Of a stretch of DNA of 64,000 bases, positions 19,991 through 32,227 are shown piece after piece. The translations under genes and the position numbers were made by a program. The DNA comes from Eledone cirrhosa (lineage: Eukaryota): positions 80,352,001 through 80,416,000 of the forward strand of contig OZ024745.1 of NCBI GenBank assembly GCA_964016885.1, given 5' to 3'. Under the pieces are notes generated by a model, which did not search any database, was not told where the DNA came from, and saw only the letters and a list, made by a program, of their open reading frames with translations. The stretch's first letter is position 1. Every line of letters begins with the position of its first letter.

Positions 19991-20592
19991 CAGGTCACCA
20001 GTTGGTGCTACTGGTAACATGTATCCCAGTACAACCTGTCTCATGGTCGGGTCGTTGGCGACTAAACTGGCAACCCCACCAAGGTTTCTTGGTGAGGAGG
20101 GTGACTTTGGACATTCTGCAGGACTAAAAACAAAACCTGTCAAAGGGCAAAGGAGCTCTTAAGAGTCAATAGCCATCCAAAAGCAACGGGAGAGATGACC
20201 CCTTAACCTTTGTTAAGGCAGAATTCTAGGAGAAGGAAAACTCTGATATAACACCTGCAACCCTGATGGTATCCAATGATGTTGACTTGTTCTTCTTTTT
20301 GGTAAATATCATCTTGGTTAAGAGAGTGGGACTGGCTTTGTGCAGTGCCTTTGCTCACTATAAAAGCTTCACGGCACAGGCATTGCTTTATATCTGGAGA
20401 TCTCTCTGCACTTGTCATCACATGGTACCATGGGCCCATGGGGTCAGTAATTGTCACAAGTGTAGTGTTTGTACCAGAGTTTTCAAGTCGCTGGATGGAC
20501 TAAAAAGTCACACTCGTTCAGCGCATCGGTAGGGGTTCTCCTACATGGATATAAAGTAGTGGCCGTACTCGAAAACGAGTTGGCAGCCACCA
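19991..20592 (+). mobile_element. Bipartite non-autonomous RTE derivative (5'UTR fused to 3' end)
   Basis: RTE-like 5'UTR motif GGAGAAGGAAAACTCTGA, C-terminal C2H2-like CSVCTRVFKSLDGLKSHTRSAHR*, short 3'UTR into (TATG)n; no RT or APE. Confidence 0.6.
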
Positions 20593-20638
20593 TGTATCTA
20601 TGTATGTGTGTGTATGTATGTATGTATGTGTCTATGTA

Positions 20639-20703
<65 letters not shown>

Positions 20704-20755
20704 GTTTATGTATGTGTGTATGTATATATTTATATATATATATGTGTGTGTGTAA

Positions 20756-21074
20756 TGACGTATTTCCGTCGGAAAGGTTCAGGAAAAAAGAGTGCTCTAT
20801 GTCGGCTACAGAGCTTATTAGTTATGTAATAAACAACATAAGATAATTATTTCATTTACCAGTGGTTTCTTGAAGGCAGATGTGTCTGTCTTCAGTAGTC
20901 AGAATGAATAAATAACATGGTGTTTTTATTAAATATGGATTCTTAAATATGAATCCATATTTAATAAAAACATCATGTTATTTATTCATTCTCACGACTG
21001 AAGACAGACACAACATCTGCCTTCAAGAAACCACTGGTAAATGAAATAATTATCTTATGTTGTTTATTACATAA

Positions 21075-21080
<6 letters not shown>
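20756..21080. mobile_element. Second Penelope-like hairpin element, opposite orientation to 15965-16220
   Basis: Inverted repeat 20816-21080 plus the same tail reverse-complemented; flanked by (TG)n and (TA)n. Confidence 0.7.
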
Positions 21081-21111
<31 letters not shown>

Positions 21112-21113
<2 letters not shown>

Positions 21114-23685
21114 AGAAGAAAGATCTGGAAGCTGAAAGACCCCTCAGTCAGTAACAGATTTAAAGATATCTTACTCGACGCCTATGACAGTAAAGAAGAA
21201 CAGATAGACAACATTCAATGTAGAAGAGCACTGGGAGTTCCTAAAAAATAATTTACTAAAGGCGACAGATGAGATTTGTGGTTGGAGCAAGACCACAGCG
21301 AGGAGGAGAGTGACTTGGTGGTGGAACAAAAAAAAAAAAATAAGGTAGATGAGGCAATTAAGGCTAAGAGACAGGCATGGAAAGAATGGAAGAATGAGGG
21401 AAGCAGGGTACATTACATAGAGACCAGGAGGGAAGCTAGGCGACAAGTATACTTAACTAGAAGGGAAGCGGAGGATAGAAAATTCAAGCCTGTTTTGCAG
21501 CATGAGGACCAGAAACAGGTGTTCAGGATTGTGAGGCAGTGTGTTAGAGAAAATTGTGATGTCATTGGAGAGAAGTGTGTCCGGAATGATAAAGGTGAGC
21601 TTGCCCTCAGAAGTGCTGAGAAGAAAGATGCATGGAAGAGCTATTATGAAAGATTTCTAAATGAGGAGAATGCATGGGAGAAAGAGACTCTATCCCAAGT
21701 GGAGCCTATAGAGGGGCCAGCAATACAAGTCAACAGCAGCATAGTAAGTAAAGCAATTAAAGATATGAAGACTGGGAAGGCAACCGGTTCATTGGGTATA
21801 GCTGCCGAGATGCTGAAAGCATCTGGGCTGGTAGGTCATACCATAACCAGACGTATTGTTAACCAGTTAATACTAGAGGATGTCATACCAAAGGATTGGT
21901 GCAGCAGCATGATTGTCCACTGCTACAAGGGTAAAGGAGAGGCACTAGATAGAGGAAACTATAGAGGTATAAAGCTGATGGACCAGGTCATGAAAGTAAC
22001 GGAAAGAGTTACTGGGTAAAACTAGATGAGATGCAGTAGGGTTTGTGCCAGGAAAAGGCACCACTAATGCTCTCTTCCTTGTGAGGCAGTTATAGGAAAA
22101 GTACCTAGCTAAAAGTAAGCCGCTTTACCTGGTATTTGTTGATCTGGAAAAAAGCCTTTGGCAGAGTGCCCCATGATATAATCTGGTGGGCTCTTAAAAA
22201 ACTAGGAGTAGATGAATGGCTTGTGAAAGCTGTACAAGCCATGCATAGGGGAGCAGTCAGCGAAGTTAGGATTAGCAGTGACTTTAGCGAGGAATTTAGC
22301 ATACAGGTTGGTGTCCACCAGGGCTCTGTTCTTAACCCTCTCCTGTTTATTATAATATCGCAGGCTATAACAGAGGAGTTTAAAACTGGATGCCCATGGG
22401 AACTTCTGTATGTGGATGATCTTACACTTATAGCTGAATCTATGGTGGAACTAAAGAAGAAGTTCCAAACACGGTAGCAGGTACTAGAAAGAAAGGGTCT
22501 CAAAGTCAACCTGACAAAGACTAAGGTCCTCGTAAGTATATGAGAAAACAGAACCCAGATCCCCTCAGGGATATGGCCTTGCTCAGTATGTAGGAAAGGT
22601 GTAGGTAGGAATTCCATCCTCTGCTCCAAATGCAAACTATGGATACACAAGAGATGTAGTGGGTTCTCAGGAAGCTTAGTTAAGAATGTAGGCTTTACAT
22701 GTAGCAGTTGCACCGGGACAGCAAGCAGCAAACAACCACAGGTAACAAGCACCACCAAACTCTGGGAGGGCTCTGTAGAAACAGTAGACAGCTTCTGCTA
22801 CCTAGGTGATCGAATTAACAGCGGAGGTGGGTGTTCTGAAAGTACAGTAACCAGGGTAAGAACGGGATGGAAGAAGTTCAGGGAGCTACTGCCACTGCTA
22901 GCTGCAAAAGGCTTTTCCCTCAAAGTGAAAGGCAGACTGTATGATGCATGCATAGGAACAGCAATGTTATATGGTAGTGAGACCTGGACACTGTGTGTAG
23001 TGAGACCTGGACTTGTGTAGATTAGAAAGAAACGAACTTGCATGCTCCGATGGATGTGTAATAGTAATATACGTGAACAGCAAAGCATAAACGAATTGAG
23101 AGAGAGACTGAGCACAAGAGGAATCAAATGCTGTGTGCAGGAGAGGAGGTTGCGTTGTTATGGACATGTGATGTGTATGAAGGATGACAGCTGCATAAAA
23201 AGGTGCAGAGCACTAGAAGTCGATGGAAGCCCCAAGTGGGGAGACCCAAGAAGACCTGGGATGAGGTGATAAAAGCCAAACTTACCCAATTGCACCTCTC
23301 AAAGGCAATGGCACAGGACCGTGACCTCTGGCGTCACGCAGTAATACAGAAAACCCGACTTCCCACGGGTACAAGCTGAAGCTGAAGCATATGGACAATA
23401 TACCCTCACCCCCTCCCACTGCAACGTGGTCATGGAGGTATCACAACAAAAAAGCACCCGGCCCACACTGTAAAGTGGTTGTGTAGGCACCATGGAAAAA
23501 AAGCACCCAGCACTCACTGTAAATGTGATTGGTGTTAGGTAGGGCATCCAGCTGTAGAAATCAAGCCAAAATCAGTTTCTATATGAGCAAGACAAGGTCA
23601 CCTTCACTGCCCACAGCAAGACAACTCGTCCAACCCATGCTAGCTTGGAAGAATGGACGTAAAACGGTGATGATGATGATGTTGA
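21112..23685 (+). mobile_element. 5'-truncated RTE-clade LINE, RT plus PHD-like finger, multiple stops and frameshifts
   Basis: ORFs 21276-22019 (YKGKGEALDRGNYRGIKL) and 22136-22477 (GVHQGSVLNPLLF, LLYVDDL); MLRWMC; (GAT)n tail. Confidence 0.92.
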
Positions 23686-23761
23686 TATATATGCATGTAT
23701 GTGTGTGTGTATCTTTTGAGTTTTACATTGCAGTTTTGATTTTGTTTTTTTGAAGGCTTTC

Positions 23762-24340
23762 TCAAAAGTGGTCTTCACTGCAACAAAGTACTTCTCATAC
23801 ACCTTGTTCTCTTGAATGAGCATGGTGATTGGAGCATCATTATCATCAAACCAATCTCTGTATTTTGTCTTCTTAAGACCAAGTACGTCAGCCACAACAC
23901 TGTAAACCTGTTTTTTAAACTGTTCCCAAATTCCATCAAAGACGACATTGTGAAGTGCATTTTGAAGAATATTTCATTTTCTAAACTTTGCAGTTTGGAC
24001 ACATCTGTACGTTTCAGCACTAGTATCCCTACTTTTCTTCTAATCTGCACCTTCATCTTGCCACATACAAGTTTGTGGCCTGTACCACATTCTGCACCAT
24101 GCATTACTCTTACAGAGAAAATATCCTGGAGGTCTCTCTTCCAGGTGATGATATATCCAAGATGCGTTTATGTTTTAATCTCAGGTGTATCCATGTTGCT
24201 TGTGGATCTCCTTTTGCTGAAAAAAAAAAAGTATTGCACATGACCAGCTCAAACTCAGTGCATAATTGCAAAAGAAGACCACTAGCATTCATCTTGCCCA
24301 TGGCGTGATGTCTTAAAACACTCCAAATATGGTTTCATGT
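23762..24340 (-). mobile_element. RTE (BovB-like) LINE fragment, APE endonuclease region
   Basis: GKMNASGLLL.LCTEFELVMCNTFF, TWIH, HGAECGTGHKLV, DWFDDND. Confidence 0.8.
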
Positions 24341-25149
24341 TCTATCGAGTGCACAGAGGAGGTTGTCATATCTTTGACACAACTGAGGGTCCTCCCAACC
24401 CTTTGTTTCGTAAGCTTTTTATGGCTGAATACGATTCCTTTCTCCAACCACTTTACAGCATACACTGAGTGCATTTATTGTGTAGATCAACAGGGGGGGG
24501 GGGGGGTTGAAGCTTTGAGGGGCGCTAGACTATTTACTTAGGTAAGTTTTATAAGCCATATTTGTACGTCTCTGAGACAGCCAGTATGAATGCATTTGAA
24601 TGAAGAAAATGAAATAAATAAATAAAAGAAACTTGTCAACGAATTCCCTAGGGAGATAAAAGAAAAACGAAAGAAATCAAAGAAAATGAAAATAAGGACA
24701 ATGTCAACTATGACAACAGTTACAAGAACAACAGAAACGACAAGAAAAAGAAGGAATGGTGATGAAAGGTGTGGGTGTATACATATACATACATACAATC
24801 ATACATACGTACATACATACATACATACATACATACATACATACATACATACACATATATACACACACAGGCCGGCATTGGTGTTTGATGAGGTTGAGAA
24901 CCTGGTCAGCTTTCAGCCAGAGCTGTGGTATTTAATCTCCCCAGGTAATAAAATCTGGAGACGAAATTCTGTTCTTACCAAAGAAAAAAAAACATAAATC
25001 ATGTCAACATCCTTACACACTTAAATATAAATGCATGTATATATACAAATGTATAAATGCATAGCTATATATATAGCTATATATATATGTATGTATATAT
25101 GTATGTATGTATGTAGATTTATATATATATATAATACACACACACACGC

Positions 25150-25858
25150 AGAGAGCGAATTGATCTGGATGAAATGCAGTTCGGGTTTGTGTCAGGTAAA
25201 AGTACCACAGACGCTCTTTTCATTGTACGACAACTACAGGAGAAGTACCCAGCTAAAAGTAAACCCCTATACTTAGCTTTTGTTGACTTGGAGAACACCT
25301 TTGACAGAGTCCCATGCCCCATTATCTGGTGGGCTCTCAGAAAACTAGGTGTTGATGAATGGCTGACCCAGAAAAACCTGGGACGACTTGATAAATTCCG
25401 ACCTCACTCACTTACACCTCTGCAAGACAATGTCACTGGATCAAGATCTTTGGCGCTACGCAGTAATACAGAAGACTCCCCTTGCCGAAGTGCAAAGTGA
25501 AACCTACAGTCAGTAGGCACCTCTTACCAAAATACACCCTCATCCCACTACCCTCACCCCATCCACACCACCCTCCTTCGATGTAAAGTTATGTTGGTAC
25601 CGCAACATCCAGTCCTAAATAAATGAGGTCGTGTAGGTGTCACGACAAAAAAACACACAGTCTACGCTGTAATGTGGCCGTGTAGGCAACACGGTAAAAA
25701 CCTCCCAGTTCCACACTGTAAATGTGGTTGGTGTTAGGAAGGGCATCCAGCCGTAGAAAACCCGTCAGACAGTCTTATACAAGCAAGACAACCAATCTTG
25801 CCTCAAGTGGGAAAATTCCTGTCCAAACCCATGCTAGCGTGGAAGATGGACGTTAAAC

Positions 25859-25898
<40 letters not shown>
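25150..25898 (+). mobile_element. Internally deleted RTE LINE with (GAT)n tail
   Basis: MQFGFVSGKSTTDALFIVRQLQEKY...FVDLENTFDRVP joined directly to the 3'UTR. Confidence 0.85.
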
Positions 25899-25899
<1 letters not shown>

Positions 25900-25911
25900 C
25901 ACACAGATACA

Positions 25912-26735
25912 CATCATCATCATCATCATTTTACGTCCGCTTTTCCCTGCTTGCAAGGGTGGGACAGGTCTTATTCAGCACAGCATCTCTCCACTTGTTA
26001 CGGTCCTTCGTCATCTCCACCGTGAACTTTAGCGATCTCAGGTCTATTCTCACCACCTCCGCCCATGTTTTTCGTGGTCTACCTCTACCATGTCTTCCTT
26101 CAACTGGCATTTCCTGGCACTTCTTCACCCATCAGTCATCCTCCATGCGCATCACATATCCAAACCACCGCAGTCTCCTCTCTCGCACACTACATTCTAT
26201 CCCTCTCAGACACAGTTTCTCTCTCAACACATTCATGCTGGGTCGTTCATGCACATTGACATTGCACATCCAACGGAGCATGCTTGCCTCATTTCTCTCC
26301 AGCCGTCGCATATCCTCTGCAATTGCTGCCCATGTCTCACTACCATGCAGCATCGCGCTCCTCACACAGGTATCATATAACCGGCCTTTCGTACGCAGGG
26401 AGAAACCCTTCTTCGTCAGCAGAGGAAGCAGCTCTCTAAACTTCTTCCAACCCGTCCTTATTCTAGATACTATGGCCTCGGAACACCCTCCTCCTATGCT
26501 AATCTGATCTCCTAGGTACCGGAAACTATCCACCACTTCTATAGCACGCGCCTGCATTTGAAAAATATGTCTATCAATGCGACTTCTACTGTCTAATTTC
26601 CCTGTACATCTACTGCATATGTATTTCTCCCTACCTGTTAGTTTGCCTGCTATCCCGCTACATCTCTTGTGTTCCCAGGATCTGCATTGTGTGCATTTTA
26701 TAGAATTTATGCCAGTTCCTTTTCTGCGTATTTTC
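25912..26735 (-). mobile_element. RTE LINE 3' fragment (related PHD-finger subfamily)
   Basis: ORF 26132-26557 FRYLGDQI...YDTCVRSAMLHGSETW...RRLRWFGYVMRM; GRGRPRKTW; (GAT)n tail. Confidence 0.88.
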
Positions 26736-26989
26736 TTTTTTCAGTCTGGTCTACCTCTGGTGGTAGGGTCCGTACCGTAGATAGGACTCAATGTAATCTT
26801 TTAAAATCCATAATGAAATTCTGTGTTTCGCTGAATTAATTCTTTAGATACAGAGTCAGATATTAGGTATTAAATTAACAATAAAAATAAAACAAAGTTA
26901 TAAAGTAACTTGACTTTGTTCTTTTTATTTTCATTGTTAACTTGATAACACACACACACACACATACATACATATATATATTTATATAT

Positions 26990-27200
26990 ATGTGCAGTAT
27001 GACAAGAAGCTTGCTTCCCAAACACATGTTTCCGGGTTCAGTCCTACTGTCCTGGCTGACCAAAGCCCTGTGATTGGATTTGATAGACCGAAACTAAAAG
27101 AAGCGTGTTGTATATATGTATATATCTCTGTGTGTCTCTTTGCATTTGTGTTTGCCCTCCCACCAATGCTTGTTGGTTTGTTGACGTACTCATAACTTAC
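26990..27200 (+). mobile_element. tRNA-derived SINE, second family, partial
   Basis: aagaagcttgcttccc...ccgggttcagtcc (B-box-like)...ggatttgatagaccgaaactaaaagaagc. Confidence 0.55.
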
Positions 27201-27253
27201 CAAGGTGATTCTTCAGCATGGGCGTAGTCCAGAGACAGAAAAAAAGTGAAGTG

Positions 27254-27290
<37 letters not shown>

Positions 27291-27397
27291 ATGTAGAAGA
27301 TGGGTCTCAAACTCAAGGACATAAAAGGGCCATTACATCCTGGAGGAGAGGCACTGGGCCAAACGTGGTGGTGGGTGATGATTTTCACCAGTTATAA

Positions 27398-27615
27398 TCA
27401 TTCCTACTATAGGCACAAGGCATGAAATTTAGGGTTTAGGGTCCCGTTGATTACATCGATCTCAGTTCACAACTGGTACTTAAGTTATCGACCCCAAAAA
27501 GATGAAAGGCAACGTTGAGATCGGCGGAATTTGAACTCGGAACGTAAAAACGGAATAAGTACCGCTAAACATTTCGCCAGATGTGCTAACGATTCCCCCA
27601 GCTCACCGCCTTATT
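27398..27615 (-). mobile_element. Nin/Deu-domain-like tRNA SINE
   Basis: actggtacttaagttatcgacccc..gatgaaaggc..gaatttgaactcg; flanked by repeated ttttcaccagttataat (likely TSD). Confidence 0.8.
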
Positions 27616-28369
27616 TTCACCAGTTATAATGGAATTTGAAATATTGGTTCTACCACGGGCCATAGAAAAGTAGTTCGTGGGCTGCATGTTTGAGTCCCCT
27701 GTTGGAGAGATAGATAGATAGATCATCAACACTAGGGAGGCTGTCATGCCTTGCCATGATTGAAGGATCCTCCCGACTCTTTGTTTGACAAGCTTTCTCG
27801 AATGGATGGCCTTTCTATCACCAACCACTTTACAGCGTGTACTGGGTGCATTTATTGTGTAGATCACCAAACACTGGCAAGGTCGTCATGCCTTGACATG
27901 ACTGAAGGGTTCTCCTGACCCTTTGTTTGGCATGACAATCTATATATATATTAATATCAATGTTAGTTCATTGCCAGTGTTGCATTTTATGATTGTAATC
28001 AATGAATTATGGTATTATTAGGCATAAGCATTCCATGTCAGTTGTACGTATCTTTGTAAGATCTGGTATCACGTAGACTGGTATCCAACAGAGTATTGGT
28101 ATGTTAATAAATATGAAAGCATGGTTCTACAATTACATATTGCACATTATCAGATACTGACTGTTATGTACATGTCAGAGGTGCTTGATGATAGTTACAT
28201 AAGTCTAATGTCTTCATTAGATGGAATTTCATAAATTAGGTAATATGCAGAGTCCGGGACATTAGTAACAATATTCTAACGCCTCAGAAATGCACATAGC
28301 GGTAATTATTTAATAAACTGCAGTATGGAAATGTAGAACCGTGTATATATGTATATGTATGTATGCCAT

Positions 28370-31300
28370 GGGTATGACATTAAACTACATCCAGTGGCAA
28401 GGCTCCAGTTCGGGAGTTCAGGAGATGTGGGGAATATGGAGTTACCCCTTAGTTGTCATGACTCCCAGGTCTGCCCTGGCCCGGGGTGGTAGTACCTGTT
28501 AGGGCTCCATTTATGGGTTAAATAACTACCTTATTCGAGTGGCGCCGGTAAGATATTGTCAGCCATTGAAAAGAAATATGGAGAGTCGATCTAACAGCAC
28601 TAGGGTTAGAGCCCCTAATTACACTGTCAAGGAGCAGCCTGGTCGTTATGACTCTGCTGGCTTAGAGCCACAGAGAGGGCCAGTGGATGATGGATCAGCT
28701 GTCTCTGAGACAAATATAAAGAATGCAGTTTTGTCCTGCAGAAGAGCCATCAAAATGGGCACTTTGAATGTGAGGACTATTCGAACGCTGGAGAAGAGAG
28801 AGGAGTTGGGACATCTGTTCGAGGAGAGTGGTATACAGATACTTGCGATCCAAGAACACAGGATTCTACACGATGAGCCCGTGAGGAGTGTGATGATCGG
28901 GAGGAAGAGCCAGCTCATCACTACATCGGCAGTGAAGAACACAACAAATGCTGCAGTAGGAGGAGTGGGTTTTGTGTTCAGTGCAAAAACCAATCTGTTG
29001 GTGAGGGAAATAATGCCTATCTCCCCGCGAGTGTTGAGGGTGACCTTCAATGGAAACCCAAGACTGACAGTCATCTCAGCCTATAGTCCAACCGAGGGGG
29101 ACAGTGATGTGAATGCCGAGGAGTTCCATGAGGAAGTGTGTAGAGCTGTCAACACCACTCAGGCACACAATATCCTGCTTGTTTTGGGGGACTTCAATGC
29201 ACATCTGAGTAAGGAGGGCAGTGAAGATCCTTGCTGGTACTTCCATAACAACACCAACCGAAATGGAAGACTACTGAGAGACACCCTGCTGGAGGCGAAC
29301 TTGATGGCGACCAACCTAAGGTTTAGGAAGAATCTGGGGAAGACGTGGACCTACATCTCAGATATGCACCTGTCCAAGTCCCAGATTGATTTCATTCTGG
29401 TGAGGAAAAAGTGGCGGAATAGTGTTCTGAACACGGAACCATACAGCTATTTCAGTACACTGGGTAGTGACCACCGGCTTGTTATGAGTGAGGTCCGCGT
29501 GAGCTTAAGAAAGAGCAAGGCTCAGCCCCGGAGAACAATCTATGACTGGGGAGCTTTCAAGGAAGATGATAAGCTACAGGAGAGGTTCACAGTGGAAGTG
29601 AGAAACAGGTTTAGTGCTCTGTGTGGAGAGTCAGAGGAGAGAGAGATTGGATGGACTGAGGAGAGTGTGACGAGGAGGTACGGGCACTTCACCAATGCAG
29701 TGGCGAAAGCAAGTGAAACCCTGGTGCCGAGGAAAAAGAACAAAGGGAAGCACGTCAGCTCTGCAGACCCAAAAGTGTGTGCAGCCAGAGAACACCTGAA
29801 AGCTGCCAGGGACCAATTCTATGCTGATCCTACGGAGGAGAGGATGGAGACTGTGGAGGTGATGAGGGAAGAGCTCTGTACCGCTTACACTGAGGTCAGA
29901 GAGGAGGCACTGATAGAGAAGATCAGAAGTGTGGAGAGAGCGGTTGACAGATCTGGATGTAAGGAGAGCTGGATGATCATCAACGAGATCACAGGGAGGA
30001 AGAAAAGGTGTTCGAGTCAGATCCAGGGAACGGGGCCCGAGGATAGGAAGAGGAAATGGCTAGACCATTTTAGGACCCTACTAGGAGAGCCACCCTCCAC
30101 AGCCCAGAGCACTGGGGAGATCAGGCGGCTGTTTGAGGAACTGGATGTTGAGACAGAGCCCTTCACCAGAGAGGAGCTTCAGAGAGCCAAGAAGAAGATC
30201 AAGGAGGGCAAGGCTCATGGAGAAGATGGAGTAGCATCAGAGGTGATGAAGTGGTGTGATTTTGATGATATCATCCTGGGGTTCTGTAACGGGGCACTGG
30301 AGAAAGGAGTTGCCCCGAATCAGTGGAGGATCAGTAACATCGTCCCAGTGCCAAAGAAGGGAGATCTCTCTAACACCAACAACTACCGGGGGATCTCACT
30401 GACGTCACTTGTGGCAAAGACCCTCAACAGGATGATTCTTAACAGGATCCAGCCTGAGATGGAGAAGAAGCTCAGGGACAACCAGAACGGCTTCAGAGAG
30501 GGTAGATCAACCACCAGTCACATCCTGATGCTGAGGAGGATATTAGAGGGAGCTAGAGCAAAGTGCCTTCCTGCGGTCATGGTTTTCATTGACTTTAGGA
30601 AGGCCTTTGATTCTGTGGACTGTTACTGCCTGATGAAGATTTACAGGCTTATGGAATCCCCAAGAGGATAGTGGACCTGATATCACTGCTCTACACCAAC
30701 ACCAAAGCCCAAGTCATTACACCTGATGGGATGACAGAGTTCTTTGAGATACTGGCTGGAGTGCTCCAGGGAGATACATTGGCTCCCTACCTTTTTATCA
30801 TCGTAGTGGACTATTGTATGCGCCTTGCACTGGAGAAACACCAGGACTCTGGCTTTACTGTAGCACCGGCTCAGAGCAGGAGAGTTGGGGCGAAAAAGGT
30901 ATCGGATGCTGAATTTGCCGACGACATAGTTTTGGTGACAAATACAGTGAAGGAGGCAGAGGATTTGATGCGGGAGGTTGAGACTGTGTCGATGAGTGTG
31001 GGGCTGAGAATGAATGAGACTAAAACAAAATATCTGGTAGAGAATGTTGAGAAGCCAGAGGGGATCACTAATGTAGGCGGGAAGCCACTGGAATTGGTTG
31101 AGGACTTCCTGTATTTGGGAGCAAAGATTGGGAATACGGAAGATGATGTGGTTGAGAGGAAGAGCAAGGCCTGGGCGGCGTGCCACAGCTTGAGATCGGT
31201 GTGGAAGTCGGACCTTCGTAGAGAGCTGAAAATCCGCCTCTTCATTGCTGTAGTGGAGTCTGTGCTGCTGTATGGGTCTGAGACTTGGACACTGACCAAG

Positions 31301-31672
31301 AGACTCACTCAGATGGTGGATGGGTGCTACACGAGAATGCTGAGGATGGCTCTGAACATTAATCAGTATACACTGAGGATGAAAAACTCAGAACTGTATG
31401 GGAGCCTCCCAAAAGTCAGCTCAAAAGTGACACAGAGGAGACTGAGGTTGGCTGAACATGCTCACCGACATCCAGAGTTGACATTGCACTCAGTGCTCCT
31501 TTGGGAGCCCCTACATGGACACACTGGAAGAGGAAGACCAAGGTTAACATATGTTGATGCCCTAAGGACAGACACTGGTCTGTTGGAGACGCAGGACATG
31601 GCAGCGATAATGAGGGACAGAGACCGCTGGAGAGAACTCGTCCATGGATCTCGGGAATTTTACCCGCCTTAG
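28370..31672 (+). mobile_element. Near full-length RTE/RTE-X-like LINE (APE endonuclease + RT), single frameshift
   Basis: APE motifs TLNVRT, AIQEH, YSPT, GDFNA, QIDFIL, SDH; RT motifs NYRGISL, FIDFRKAFDSV, GVLQGDTLAPYLF, FADD, FLYLG; 11-bp TSD ATGTATGCCAT (28359-28369, 31673-31683). Confidence 0.95.
28539..31672 (+). pseudogene. LINE APE-RT polyprotein split by a 1-nt deletion near 30640
   Basis: ORFs of 710 aa and 333 aa; adding one T to ATTTACAG restores MKILQAYGIPKRIVDLISLLY. Confidence 0.88.
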
Positions 31673-32227
31673 ATGTATGCCATTGCCACAACAAAAGGCT
31701 CTAAGTTCACCTTGTATGCTGATCAGGTGCTACAACAACAAAAGCACCCAGTCAACCCTGTAAGATGGTCATGTTGATGACACAACAAAGAGAACCCAAT
31801 CCACCTTGTAAAGTGGTCATGCTGGTGACATGTAGGTGGGCATTTTGCTGCCTCAATAACAAGCATATAGTCCACACTGTAATGTGGTTGGTGTTAGGAA
31901 GGGCATCCAACGGTAGAAAGCAAGCCAAAACACAGATCTGTATGAGCATAAAGTGGTCTCCAGATCTGACTCATCCCATAATGCAACAACCTGCCTAATC
32001 CATGCAAGCATGGAAGAAAAGATATTAAGTAATAATGATGATGATATATATGTATGGCTGTGTATATCACATTTTTGAGAATAGATACACTGAATCTCTA
32101 TATGTTGTAGGAGGCGAAGAAAAGGATTAGTGTCAGGGAGGGTATCCGGCTGTAAAACATAGTCTCAAAACATTCCATGCAACCCATGTCAACATCAAAA
32201 AAAGGATGTAAAAATGCTGAGGATGAA

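Noticed and set aside
20266-20532. Host C2H2 zinc-finger gene
   Set aside because: A single finger sits at the C-terminal position of an RTE derivative, with no splice context.
25860-26507. 215-aa ORF starting with poly-Met
   Set aside because: A (GAT)n tail read into the antisense strand of a LINE fragment.
28370-28530. HDV-like ribozyme in the 5'UTR of the near-intact LINE
   Set aside because: Some pairing is possible (TAGTTGT/ATAACTA) but P1, P3 and a catalytic C could not be assigned.
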